Part shown: one piece after another, positions 25,301 to 36,162 of the stretch
Layout of the letters: every line of letters begins with the position of its first letter
How positions within the stretch are numbered: the first letter of the stretch is position 1
Assembly (NCBI RefSeq): GCF_964204645.1
Contig: NC_134030.1
Location: forward strand, 3,080,778-3,144,777
Direction: 5' to 3'
Length of the DNA: 64,000 nt
Origin: Tubulanus polymorphus
Lineage: Eukaryota > Animalia > Nemertea
The notes under the pieces: model-generated
Seen by the model: only the letters and a program-made list of their open reading frames with translations
Database searches by the model: none
What the model was told of the DNA's origin: nothing
Made by a program: the position numbers and the translations under genes

Positions 25301-28300
25301 GAAAAATGCACCCACCGTATTTCAATTCACTTCATGCACTCGTGTTTGGAATAAAAAGGTAGAGCAGCGCATTAGAACGTATTTCAAACAGGATATTTAA
25401 CAGGAACTATGGAATGCCTCGTAACAATAAAATAAAGCAACAAACACTTTAAAAAAGATTATCTGGTGTTATAGACTATAGACTCATTGAGCGGAATGAG
25501 CATGTTATGACTATCAGAGATGGGTTTTTTTCTAGGCTATGTTAGAAACTCGTTTTTAAGACTGATTGAGATAAAGAAATGACGGGCATATCTCATCAAT
25601 CAAGTATAATTTCTTCACCTTTATACCGTATTATACAAATCACGGGGTTTTAATGGGAAATTCCTGAATAGTAATTGAAACCTTGCGGCTACGTGCTAAT
25701 AAACGTTTTGTAGGCTGAATTTTTTTCACAGTTCAATCGTATTTAGGTCCTCGTTGCTTATAAACAATGGAGTTTTACAATGAGATATGCGACAACGCTT
25801 TAAATGAGAGGTCAAGGCAACCGTTACCACGACAGGAAGTTATCCATTACAGCCACCACAAATACTGTATACATCATCTAGATTATCTCTCACATTTGTT
25901 CAAATCAACTTTTCAGGGCTGATTATAGCTGTAATATGAAACCAGGTCCCAAAATCAAATCCAGGAATTCTAAAACAATCATTACCTATCAATTGACTCT
26001 AATGCAGCGATCACACACAGATAATTGGGCCTGGGTCTAACTGGCCCGGACCTGACCAGTCAAATTTGGCCCGTACCTAATTAGAGAATTCGCGCGCAGA
26101 CCCATTTGGCACCACTGTGAATGGTTGGCTCAGGCTCAAATTCATATATTCAGCCAAATAAATACATCCCTGGGTGCTCTTTGGATGTTTTAGAAATTGA
26201 AATGTCACATTTAGCATATCGTTTTTCCAACTACTGACGCGTCGCAATTTTGATGAATCATTTCTTAATTGTTCAATTAGATAAAATATTCAAATGAGAG
26301 TTTAATTAGATCATTCTGTTCATTGCGTCCTGCTGTCTACATCCTACTGTCTACATCCTGCCGTCTACGTTTACCAGAGACTCAGTTCTGAAATGTCAGC
26401 TTCGTTATCAATACAATCAGTAATGAACGAACGAGTATATCTGGCGTCTGATCTAAATTGACGGGATTTTAAATTCAAATGCCGTCGTTTTGAAAACAAA
26501 GCTTAAGATGGAATATGTTGTGAATATTTAGATGGCGGTCTTCATTTTGTTTCAGATTAGCCTCGAAATTGAACTGATGTTTTTGTCATTTTTCTCATGG
26601 AAATATTCCACAATATTGATAGAGGGAGGGACCCTGTATGTGTTGAGCTTTTGTCTAAAACATGGCCTTATGTAAATTTCCAGAATAAGAATGAAGGGCA
26701 CTGCCCATTGGCATCGTGCCAGAACGAGGAGAGCCATTTTTGAAATATAATAGGATACCAAGAGCCAGGCCAACCATTCTCTCGGTGCCAGATGGGCCGA
26801 GGCCAAATTTGACCCGAACAAAAATGTTGGACCAGGCCCATGCCAAGTTTTAGCACTGGCCTCGCTGGTCCGGCCCGGATTGACCCAGGCCAAAATGTCA
26901 ACAAAACTCAACAAATATTGATATGAATCCTCGCAACCCGGCTGTTATTGTATAGAGAGATAGAGAGAGACAATAGTCGGATGCGAGGGAGGGTTCAGTA
27001 TGAGTCACTCTCTCTTTACCGACTGATTTGATTTTACTGCGAAACTAATTGCATGAAATTTCAAAGTGACTGAAAGCGTGAATTTAAAAGCTTGTAGACC
27101 TGGCAGGTAATATTATTCCCCGCGGACTTGTCATATAACACTTTGCTTTATCTGAATTTATGAACATTTTACCCAGCGTTTCAGCTGTTAATAGTCGTAC
27201 CTGCGCCGCGCATTGCAGCAAAACAGACGATTTTATTTCTTGAAACGTGTGTTTCTCGGCCCACAGCAATAAAACTTTCTGATATTGTGGACCTGGTTTT
27301 ATTACGGTTGTATTACCTACCTGAACCCCGGGGACGTTGTCACAGATTCTGTCAGCTACAAAGCTATCTGAATAGTTGAAGTTACTGTCGCGGTAAAGTC
27401 TAGTGTAATGTTTGGCTTGATCAGACCTGACAACGACTATTATTCAGAAGTGGTTTCTGAGCTCAACTACTCATAAAAACATTAAATTACTCTCAAAAAC
27501 AGAATAATTTCCGATTCATTTTCAATTAAGCTACTTTTTTAACGTCAAAATACATTCATTTTTGGTACAAACTCCACTGCGATTTAAGATGGGGTTTAGG
27601 TGGGGTTAGGATAAGGTTTCTTGCCTCGCTATTTAACGTTGTCTTCTCGCGTACGGGTCTGTATATTGTATGCGGCAACAATGTGGAGAATGTTCTGTAG
27701 TTCAGTGTAATACAGGATAATGAGTAACATATGCTACTGCTTTAAGCAGCCCGTTCTTCATCTATATCTGAATTGATGATTTTCGTTGTTATAATATGAA
27801 AGTATTCCACCCGCCCGATAGAGTTTTTAATCTGACTCAATCTTAATTGTGTAATCGCCCATCCCCTACATTAGATAATCACCCTACAGGGATTGCTCAT
27901 TGAGAGCTGATCGGTGTTAAAAAATCATGTTTCTGTTACTTCATTATCGCTTCCATGTAGACATCTTCCCATTATAATGATGCATGGGTGAATCCAAGGC
28001 CTAATTATGAAGGTCTTTAATGTGACCTTATTAAACTGCATTTTTGATCATTGAAAAGGCATATTTGAGGGCTTATGAGCGAATGAGGCATCGCATTTGA
28101 AAACTTGTGGATGGATAAGATGCATTTAACAGCATTTCCTGCGGATCAGTCATTTCTGAACGAATTCAAATTCCAGATCTAATAACTGATGAAATCCCAC
28201 AAAAGGAATAAGGTCCGAACTATTTGCTTGAGCTAGTGTAGTTTATTGAAATTCCTGGAAATTACTACACAACATTTTACATTACAACACGGACTCGGAA

Positions 28301-31300
28301 GTGTTTCTTCTATGGTTATTTCACTATCGCTTTTTATGTACATTTTCTCATTTATATCTATCGAAATTCTTCGGCCGATACCATCTCTTTTTGATGCTGG
28401 AATTCTTAAATTTGTAACAGGACAAACTGATCGCGAAGCATTCTATGAGATCATCACCTGCAAGTTGTGTCTATACTTTATTGTTTCTTTGCAGAGTGAA
28501 GTAAGTGAAATGAGAGAGAGCGTAAGAATCCTTGCATTCAGCTTCTAATAACAAATCATTTTCATGCTGCTCATTATACGTTTTTCCAATGTTACCCATT
28601 ATTTCAATATTCTGCTTATTCTCTGAAATTAATCCTTTTTCCTTTCTATGATTCTAAACGTTTTAATCATACGATGAATTGTTGATACAATTTTGCCTCT
28701 CATTCTTATCATCCTTTACTTTTGTTCATCTTCCCTTGGCAGGGATTGCGGGTTGATGATCGGGAGGGGGCAGAGAATGCAAATTTTAAAAAATCCAATC
28801 CGAAAGTGTGTGCCCCCAACAGTGTTTAGGGGACAGATATATGCTAATGATTTGAAGTTAAGACCCGCAAAATTAAGAGAAAACTAAACGAACATTTATG
28901 CTACAGGTTTCTACAAATGTTCCTTTAGTTGTTTCTTTCTTTATATTGTGGGGGTTTTTACTTCAAATAGTATTAGAATATTAGACTATCCCTTGTCTAT
29001 GGAAACTGACATGCTAATGAATTTCAGCTGAATTTTCTGCCTGCTATTTGATGGTTTTTCCTAGAGACAACTAAAGCTAACAGGGTTTAAATATATCTGC
29101 AACTAATGAATTTTTATGGCCGTTCTTTTTGGTCGGGGCCCTTATCTTTTCACATAGTAGAACATTGCGCGCTGGGATATATACTTGCATGAGAAAATGG
29201 CTTTCTTGTCGTGTGTGTGCTGAGGAAATAAGCCATTCGGGGCGTGTGTAATGAGTATTTTATGCAGTTGTAGAAGCTGTTATGGCTTAAATGTTTTTAC
29301 CGATGATATATTCGTCGTATGTTAGTTAGTTAAAGGAAAGGTGTGCTGCGACTTTTATATACGCTTTTAAATTTTACTAGGAAAGCAAAATGCTGTTTTT
29401 ATTACAAGGGCGGATTTAAGCGGTTGGATCGGGTGGACTGATCCATCCCGTCTTCAAAATTCGAATGTGCCCTCCTTAAAGTCTGAAAACTTTTAAAGAA
29501 ACTTATAGAAAGACGAAATATATATCTAAATAGGCCTGGTTACGGTCAGAAAAGCCAGTGTTTGTCTTAGATTTGTAGGGCCTTTAGAATCCCTACAAAT
29601 GTTTTGGGCTTGTAGCCCTTGCATTGCCAAATCTGCCCTTTTCAATTGCCCATTCCAATTTTCAGGTCCCCTCTTCAAAGAATCCTATATCTGCCCTTGT
29701 ATCATGCATGTTGCTGTATATCTGCAGAATGAGAAAAAGGGTACCAACTAGTTCGAAGGGGACTTATTCATCATATGGTATGAATTGAGCCTGGAAGCTA
29801 GACCCATCCAGAAGATTTAGCATTATTCTCTTATCTTTAATGCATTGACGAATTCATTTAGGTAGATTAATTATTTTTGTTATATTTTCACGGTTACCTT
29901 GTTTCTGTAGGGGTCTGATTTGATCGTACATGGTTCTGAACTATTGATTGAGAATGCTAAGAAGACAGATGGCGGTGAATATGAATGTAAAGCTATAAAC
30001 ATGGTCGGACAGCCCGTTACTGATGTTATCTCTGTCACCGTTTTGTGTAAGTTTTCTCATGTAACTTTTGAGAGATTGATTTATTTCTGTAAAGCCTTGT
30101 TTTCTAGCGCTGAGTTTAATTTGATTAAAGATCTGAAATATTTACTCAGTAATTCCCTATACGTGACTTAAGATTGTAAGAAATATATCCACGAGGCTTT
30201 ACTGTAGTTAATCACTGAATTATACACAAAATTGATATATGTAAAAAAAGCCCGTTAAGCCTTTCAGTGCATCTACACCGCGATGCAGTGTATAAATCGG
30301 TGATGGACTTTGTTTTAGTAATTAGTTTATATCTCTATTGTAAAATGGCAGCGCCGGTCAAACAAAGTGAAATATTAGTAACTAACAATACACCACGCTG
30401 CAGTGTAGACGCATTACATATAGCGATATGTCTGTTACTCAAAACTCAGGACCCAGTTCCACAGTTCCGAGTTAAGATTTGACTCTGAGTTAAAACATCG
30501 AAAATGAGCTGATTTTAACCCAGAGTTAACTCTAACTCACAACTGTGGCACCGGATCCGGAGGTGGAATTCTTTAAAATTTTCAAATATCTCCAGCACTT
30601 TCGCGTATTAATTAGTCGGCACTGAACTGGTTAAAAAGATGACTATAACTGAGCCCTAATTCCGGTAACTAATAGTATTTAATGCGTATGAATAGATCAA
30701 CCGGAGGTAGAAGTGATCGAACAGAATGTTTACACCGGAGCCGGAGTCAACGCGAAACTGCAGTGTAAATTCAGCGCGTCTCCAGCTGCGAGAATCATCT
30801 GGACGAAAGACGAGGTGAACGTCGAAACGATGCCGAACGTTGAAATCATGCGACGTCAAGACGGCATGGACGATATCAGTATCTTAGTGATTAAAAACGT
30901 CGATAAGGATTCGTTGGGCACGTACGTGTGCGAGGGTTCGAATGAATTCGGTTCTGCCGCTGCACAGGTTAAATTAGAAGGTAAACTACTACTCGTTACA
31001 ATCATTTATAAAACCTTCTTACTGTCCTGAGATGTAAGGCTAAATAAAAATGATACCTTGTTTCTCCGCAGCGGCCGGGTCATTTTTGTAAAATATGATA
31101 AAATTTATAAACAGTTCATTTCTATAGCGGCCGGGTCTGTTATGGTAAAATTGATCACGATTTTTAAAAAAAGTAATGTATAGGGTAGATAGGCGGCCGG
31201 CCGGGTCAACATTTAAGCTCAGCAGAGCGGAGAAACAAGGTATCAATTTTTTTTAGCCTAACATCACTTATCTACTTATTTCAATACTGGGTTTTCACCA

Positions 31301-34300
31301 CACCCAGTCGTTTATTATGCAGACACATCAACTCCATCAAATTTTGGTTAATGTCACTATGTGTCACCTGGTATCACTCTGCTATCTCACCCTTACATAA
31401 TATCTGATCATTCAGCTTAGAATTTTGTGGTTTGGATGGTACCCCTTGACGTTTTTATTGCTAGCTCAGTTTATTTTAGTTCTGACACATAGCTTCTGTT
31501 AATCCCCTGTGAGTTTGTATGCTTTGTTACTTCTGTTTCTGGTCATTCCACTCGATGGTTGTTAGTCAACGGCCGAAACATTTTGGTTTCATATTGATAA
31601 ATTTTATCATACAAAATTCTGTTGTTGGGATTTCTTCATCCCTGTATCCTGTCACGCCACAAGGTTCATCATATACGTAGCTGGCAGTCCAAAATCAAAG
31701 CACTACCCTCTGTGTACTAGTATACACCCTCGATATCCTTATATTCATCTACCTCAGTATCCACATCCAGCTCTACAGTCATTTTGAAGTTAAGTTCATG
31801 AAACAATTTTATTGAAATGAATTGTTTCTCGTTGCAGGTACCCCGAAAAAGGTGGAAATCACGAGTCCAGAAAGTGCTCCGTACTCGAACGTTTATACGG
31901 TTACCTGGAAAACTGTATCTCATGACAGCCCTATAGAATACCTCCTTCAATTCCGTAGTGTAAGTACTTGTTGCTGAGTGTAAGTAATTAATATCGACTG
32001 GACTAGGCTTTATAGCTACATTCACACAACATCACCAAGAACAGTCTAAAATAGAATGGACCAAACGTTCAAACTGGTCAGTTCTATTTTAGAACAGAAT
32101 CACGAGAGGTCACAGAGAATAAAGTCACAACAAGGCACTGGCTGTCACAAAGTCGACTTATGCCCGACTTAACCTTTCAGTGCGTCTACACCGCAGTGCG
32201 GTGTATAAATCAGTGATGGATTTTGCTAGTACACCGCACTGCGGTGTATTGATGTAATTAGTAATTAGTTTTTATCTCTATTGAAAGATGGCAGCACCTG
32301 TCAAACAAAGTGAAATATTAGTAACTAATGATACACCGCACCGCGGTGTATACGCCACTATAGTGGTATTCCCGTTATTCAGCACACTAGGTTGAAATTT
32401 TTCAAAATTTTCAAATTCAGCACGATAGGGTATCATTAAGTCAGCACTGAAAGGGTTACGACAGTGATAGGTTCACATTTTGCAACTTTACTAATGATAT
32501 TCTATTTTGTATAGTTGAACGGAACGACCCCGACTGCATGGCACAACACGACCATTCCCGGAAACGACGAAGGTAACCTCAATCACGAAGGTTCGTTTAT
32601 CCTACGTAAAGGAGATATCGAAGCGCTCGGAACGTATCAGGTGATCATTTCGGCTAGGAACGATTTCGGTTGGAGCGAACCGAGTGATTTATTTACGTTT
32701 AAAACTCCTCAGGGTTAGTATTACATATTCACCATCTATGCATAAATATGATTGAAGTCTCAGGGGCCAGTTTTAAAGACTAGCCTTAAACCCAGGGACC
32801 GGTTGCATAGTCATGGCTCAAACTTAAGACCAGTGTAAGACCAACTTAGTTCTATAGCCAGTCGAACAACTTAAGACCAGTCTTAAGATTTAAGACCACT
32901 TTAGAACTGAAGTCATGACTGTGCAACTGGCCCCAGGTGTTTATCCCGGGTTCAAGTAAGAACTGGGGCCAGTTGCTCAATAGTTGGTTAGAGTGAACTG
33001 GTGGCCAAATACCAAGGTAAAAATGCTATTTCAATTGTGACTATCGCCCTTGTCTAACTATCAGCTCACTCCAACCAGATTTGAGCTACTGTTCACGGGT
33101 TTATAAAACCGGACTTCAGAGTTTAGAAATGATTATTGAAATTAATGCACAACACATTTTCATGTTCAACTTTGATAGTTTTTTTATCCTCACGTTTTCA
33201 TTAATATCGCTGCCTTCCCGTTACATATTTTCCGTCGACACAAGACTGCGAAATGCTCGAATTCAATGAGTCTGGATGACTGAGAAAAATTTTCATTTTT
33301 TCTACAAGCACAAAGTCTAATAATGAATGTCAATATTCTCTGAAAACTGTAATACATGCTTGTTTTCAAAAACAGAAGCAAGACCGTCTTTCAGCACACA
33401 ACTACCAAGGATTATTTTCATCATAAGTTGTCTTCGTCAGATCATCCAAACTCTATTTACGATGTGTTTGGCAGTTTTGGTATCAGTGATGCTTTTCTAT
33501 TCACAAACAGGGGCTGTAATATGGGTGGGGGGTTAGTACTGGATTCTATGGGTCACATATATAGTATCTGTGGATCCGTGGTAGAACTTTTATTAGGGTA
33601 AAGGGGCATTTGCGAGATTTTTGAGAGAATTGAGAAGTGAATTACTCCAAATCTTACCCTCCCCCTCACATTATCCATGAATATCAGTTGGTTTATATGA
33701 ATCAGTCTCCTCCCCTCGAGGTCTACTGTTAGAAAACGAAACTGTGTGAAGAGCATCACTGATCTGAGAGTGTTTACTTTTCCTCCTCAAATGCAAGGCA
33801 TGATTCATCGTCAATTCATCATTAATTCATTATTAGTAGAAATTTAAACAATTAGATTTCAGATTCTTCCGGTTTTCGCAAATTATCAGATTAATTTTTT
33901 GTAAATTCATTCCAAAGGAAGCATGTCTCTAATAATTGAACTTTGCGCCTTCGTATAGGTATAAGTATACAAATTCACCGAATATTCATCAGTTTCAAAA
34001 TAAATTCACCTTTGCATACTGTTTTCTTCTTACCTGTGAAATAATTGAATTCATAAGAATAGTTTAACCCTTGCATGTCGATCGGAGAAAAAATACCTGC
34101 TGATAATGAATGCCTTAACTAGGGCTCAGTTAAGGGACAAACGATACCTTGAACATACTAATAATTCCTTGAATGGTGTTCAGTGGGTTAAGAAATTAGA
34201 ATAAAAATCTATAAAAGTAAATTATTTCAGAATTCTTGATGAATTGGCATGTACCAACAAATTCCATCATAATTATATTTTGGCATGCAGGGGGTTTCAT

Positions 34301-36162
34301 ATGATATAAGAAAATCCTTGCTTGTATGAATGTTTACGAATGTTTGTGCAGAAAATCTAATTTCTATAAGAGATTCCATTGTCTCTGTAGTTGCAGCCAC
34401 GGAAACCTCCAGATCTGAGGTCAGTTGCTCAAAGGGTTAACGATGATGATGATGATAACCAGCGGATAAATAACATTGTAACAATTCTGTTTTCATTGTC
34501 GCGATGTCAATTATCCGCCGGTTAACCGAACCATCATTTGTACAACTGGCCGCACGATTGTCCGTCTGACGTTGGCGTAGAAGGCCGTATCCACACCATC
34601 TTGGTATCAACTGCCAAAAGCTGGAAATCAGGGGTCAGTTGCTCAAAGGTTGGTTAAAAAGATAACCAGTGGATAAATACAAAAATACATAAAAATACAT
34701 CCTATTTATGTATTTCTGATAAATACTATTGTAACAATGAACTCTTGATTGTGACTATGTCAACTATCCACTGGTAAACAAGAAACAACTTTTGAGCAAC
34801 TGACCCTTGGATTTTTTTGTCACTGGTTATCATATCGGTGCGGTGGGCTTTGTTTCGGTGCTGTCTAAAGCAAACATCAAATAGTGTTTGTCTGTATGTT
34901 AGCTGTGTACTCAGTCATGTTGTCCTGAGCTGTCAATCCATCACCCTCATATATAATTACAGCTGGTGTAACTCCACCCCCTGCCACCACACCCAAGCCA
35001 CGCACAGAGAAGCAGCAAAATTCCTCTGGTAAGTCTCTCAGTCAGTCACTCAGTCACTCAGTCACTCAGTCGCACATATCCCAACTTAAATGGGTATATC
35101 CATTATATTTCACTAAAGATTTTATGTATATATATATATATATAAATATTTAGCTCTAAAAAAATTATGAAGACGATTCAGCTAAAATTGAATTTTTGCA
35201 AAAATAAAATGAAATGTTTTCTGCCAAAGTAGCAGAAAACGCTTATGATCTCTTGCAAAATGATTTTGGCTCAAATAATGTCATTCCATTCAGTTTGCTG
35301 TTATATGTTATATTTTTGTGTTTAAAATCTTCCTGAATCCGATCAAACCACCGTTTGTTTTTCCTGAGCAACGTTTTGTGTTTTTTTTGATAATGAATAA
35401 CCTAACACCTCTGTTCTGTATTGTTGAGTCTATTGTAAAAACGACTGTACTACTCTTGTAAAAGGATTATCCTTCGGTTAAGATTTAAGCGCGAGTTTAC
35501 CAGGGAAGGACAACACTTTCTCTAACTGTATGATATTTAATGCGTTTGCTTGTCTGCAAGGTTTGGGCTGTGCAGTGCCCTTTAGTCTTGCATGTTCCAA
35601 AGCATTCATGCATGGTTCATTTTGAAACCATTTTTCCACCTTGCATCCGTTTTATCGGCCTGGAAGTTTTAACGCGATTAATGTTCACGGATTTCTCGCA
35701 CCTTTTACGTGTTTTAGTTTTCTAGTTATTTGTTTGGAACTTGTGAACCATGTTGGCGTAGCTTGCTTTTTACCTCACAATATGACAGATAGTTAGTTAT
35801 ACAGTCGACTCTGATTGCCTTGGATTATTGCGTGACCCGAACAGGATATTAAGAATGTTCTTACACTAATTCATGTTACGATGACCCATCTCGCTCCAAC
35901 TGCCTCGGAATATGCTTGTTTACTGTACCATAAGATCTGATGCGAGCAGAGTTTATTGTACATGTGAATCAGACATTTTGACGACTAGACTTTGGAAAAT
36001 TGAAAAGATCGATTTGATTTAGAAATGAAAACAGTCATAACCATCTTCTCATGATTTTGTCCTGTTTTAGGCGATACATCTCGAGCAGCGGGCAGCAATA
36101 TCGCGAGCACTTTCATCATCGCATCGGTAGCAACTATCATTACTTTACTGATCAGAGCGTAG
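8275..36162 (+). CDS. GPI-anchored immunoglobulin-superfamily adhesion protein, 463 aa: signal peptide + 3 Ig + FN3 + P/T stalk + GPI signal (Klingon/Wrapper-type; IgLON/Lachesin-related)
   Basis: Ten exons joined by GT-AG introns (8275-8338, 17555-17644, 17728-17943, 23940-24061, 29911-30046, 30696-30980, 31838-31959, 32515-32713, 34963-35028, 36071-36162) stay in phase over 1392 nt. Three Ig folds show C...W...DxGxYxC; FN3 shows VTW...Y.V.ISARNDFGWS.PS; the C-terminus is hydrophobic with no cytoplasmic tail. Confidence 0.92.
15461..15548. repeat. (AG)n plus (GT)n microsatellite; others at 16639-16671 (CT), 22304-22353 (TA), 19687-19741 (CTR), 63320-63365 (GCT/GCC)
   Basis: Visible directly. 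Confidence 0.97.
16980..17275 (+). mobile_element. piggyBac-type MITE family A, copy 1
   Basis: TTAA-CCCTTTCAGTGC...GCACTGAAAGGG-TTAA; about 290 bp; three internal TACACCGCA-N-TGCGGTGTA-like palindromes. Confidence 0.9.
17555..17644 (+). CDS. exon 2: Ig1 N-part (GLQFKTEPQKISEVIGMNTVFECAFDEPL)
   Basis: Branch ctaac, acceptor ttttacag, donor gtaaga; first Ig cysteine. Confidence 0.92.
17728..17943 (+). CDS. exon 3: Ig1 C-part (LAWRKG...YDLELSNLEVKDEGTYSC)
   Basis: tatccag acceptor, gtgagt donor; core Trp and DEGTYSC motif. Confidence 0.96.
18081..18680. repeat. 39-bp minisatellite, about 16 units (ggatccagttccacagttgtgttggtttaattYRactct)
   Basis: GGATCC-like anchor recurs every 39 bp from 18081 to 18666; unit start equals the family-B MITE terminus. 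Confidence 0.97.
21665..21953 (+). mobile_element. piggyBac-type MITE family A, copy 2
   Basis: Same TIRs, TTAA flanks and internal sequence as 16980. Confidence 0.9.
22669..22706 (-). ncRNA. Minimal type-I hammerhead-ribozyme-like motif (Penelope-type relic)
   Basis: Minus strand: GC-CUGAUGA-U-GGCUAAC-AGUU-GUUAGCC-GAAACGUC-GC; intact core boxes, 7-bp stem II, palindromic ACGU stem III, 2-bp stem I. Confidence 0.55.
23940..24061 (+). CDS. exon 4: Ig2 N-part (VHCDVSGRPAPNVTWTK)
   Basis: ttttttcag acceptor, gtacgt donor; I-set C..SG.P.P.VTW motif. Confidence 0.96.
24092..24213 (-). mobile_element. tRNA-derived SINE head with duplicated B box
   Basis: Minus strand reads TGGCTCAGAGTG (A-box-like)...GGTTCAAATCT...GGTTCGAATCC; no complete cloverleaf. 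Confidence 0.6.
24890..25091. repeat. (CTGTG)n degenerate pentanucleotide repeat
   Basis: Visible directly; explains the AQHST-type ORFs. Confidence 0.95.
26013..26897. mobile_element. Non-autonomous DNA transposon relic with long imperfect inverted ends
   Basis: 26027-26140 (ggcctgggtc...tggcacc...gaatggttggctcaggctc) mirrors 26762-26892 (gagccaggccaaccattc...ggtgcca...gacccaggcc); no coding frame recognised. Confidence 0.7.
29404..29700. mobile_element. MITE with acaagggcggat / atctgcccttgt termini (looser relatives at about 51083-51277 and 60965-61180)
   Basis: Terminal inverted repeat visible; superfamily not determined. Confidence 0.6.
29911..30046 (+). CDS. exon 5: Ig2 C-part (ELLIENAKKTDGGEYECKAINMVG)
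   Basis: tttctgtag acceptor, gtaagt donor; DGGEYEC.A.N..G motif. Confidence 0.96.
30255..30634 (-). mobile_element. piggyBac-type MITE family A, copy 3 (inverted, diverged), interrupted by a family-B MITE at about 30450-30557
   Basis: Reverse-complement similarity to copy 1; insert bounded by gacccagttccacagtt...aactgtggcaccggatc. Confidence 0.85.
30696..30980 (+). CDS. exon 6: Ig3 (LQCKFSASPAARIIWTK...LGTYVCEGSNEFG)
   Basis: tag acceptor (weak pyrimidine tract), G|gtaaac donor; complete Ig domain, phase 1-1. Confidence 0.95.
31038..31258. mobile_element. Harbinger-type MITE with about 32-bp TIR and TAA target duplication
   Basis: taa-GGCTAAATAAAAATGATACCTTGTTTCTCCGC...GCGGAGAAACAAGGTATCAATTTTTTTTAGCC-taa, inserted in the palindromic site gatg|taa|catc. 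Confidence 0.85.
31838..31959 (+). CDS. exon 7: FN3 N-part (TPKKVEITSPESAPYSNVYTVTWKTVSHDSPIEYLLQFR)
   Basis: gttgcag acceptor, gtaagt donor; FN3 VTW and Y.L.FR strands; absent from the ORF track. Confidence 0.93.
32169..32459 (-). mobile_element. piggyBac-type MITE family A, copy 4 (inverted)
   Basis: ttaacctttcagtgc...gcactgaaagggttac; reverse complement of copies 1 and 5. Confidence 0.9.
32515..32713 (+). CDS. exon 8: FN3 C-part (GTYQVIISARNDFGWSEPSDLFTFKT)
   Basis: Branch ctaat, gtatag acceptor, G|gttagt donor; canonical FN3 end. Confidence 0.95.
32796..32933. mobile_element. PIF/Harbinger-type MITE family C (related copy at about 2401-2528), nested in another MITE spanning about 32764-33117
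   Basis: TIR ggaccggttgcatagtcatg / catgactgtgcaactggccc with a CAG duplication on both sides. Confidence 0.8.
34632..34806. mobile_element. Harbinger-type MITE family D (related copies at about 4259-4370, 32966-33095, 34418-34551)
   Basis: TIR gggtcagttgctcaaa / tttgagcaactgaccc; shared internal gataaccagtggata motif. Confidence 0.8.
34963..35028 (+). CDS. exon 9: Pro/Thr-rich stalk (AGVTPPPATTPKPRTEKQQNSS), symmetric 66 nt
   Basis: ttacag acceptor, G|gtaagt donor, phase 1-1, open; GC-richer than flanks. Confidence 0.75.
36071..36162 (+). CDS. exon 10: GPI-anchor signal (GDTSRAAGSNIASTFIIASVATIITLLIRA*)
   Basis: ctgttttag acceptor in phase 1; small-residue spacer, then about 20 hydrophobic residues and TAG at 36160-36162. 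Confidence 0.9.
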
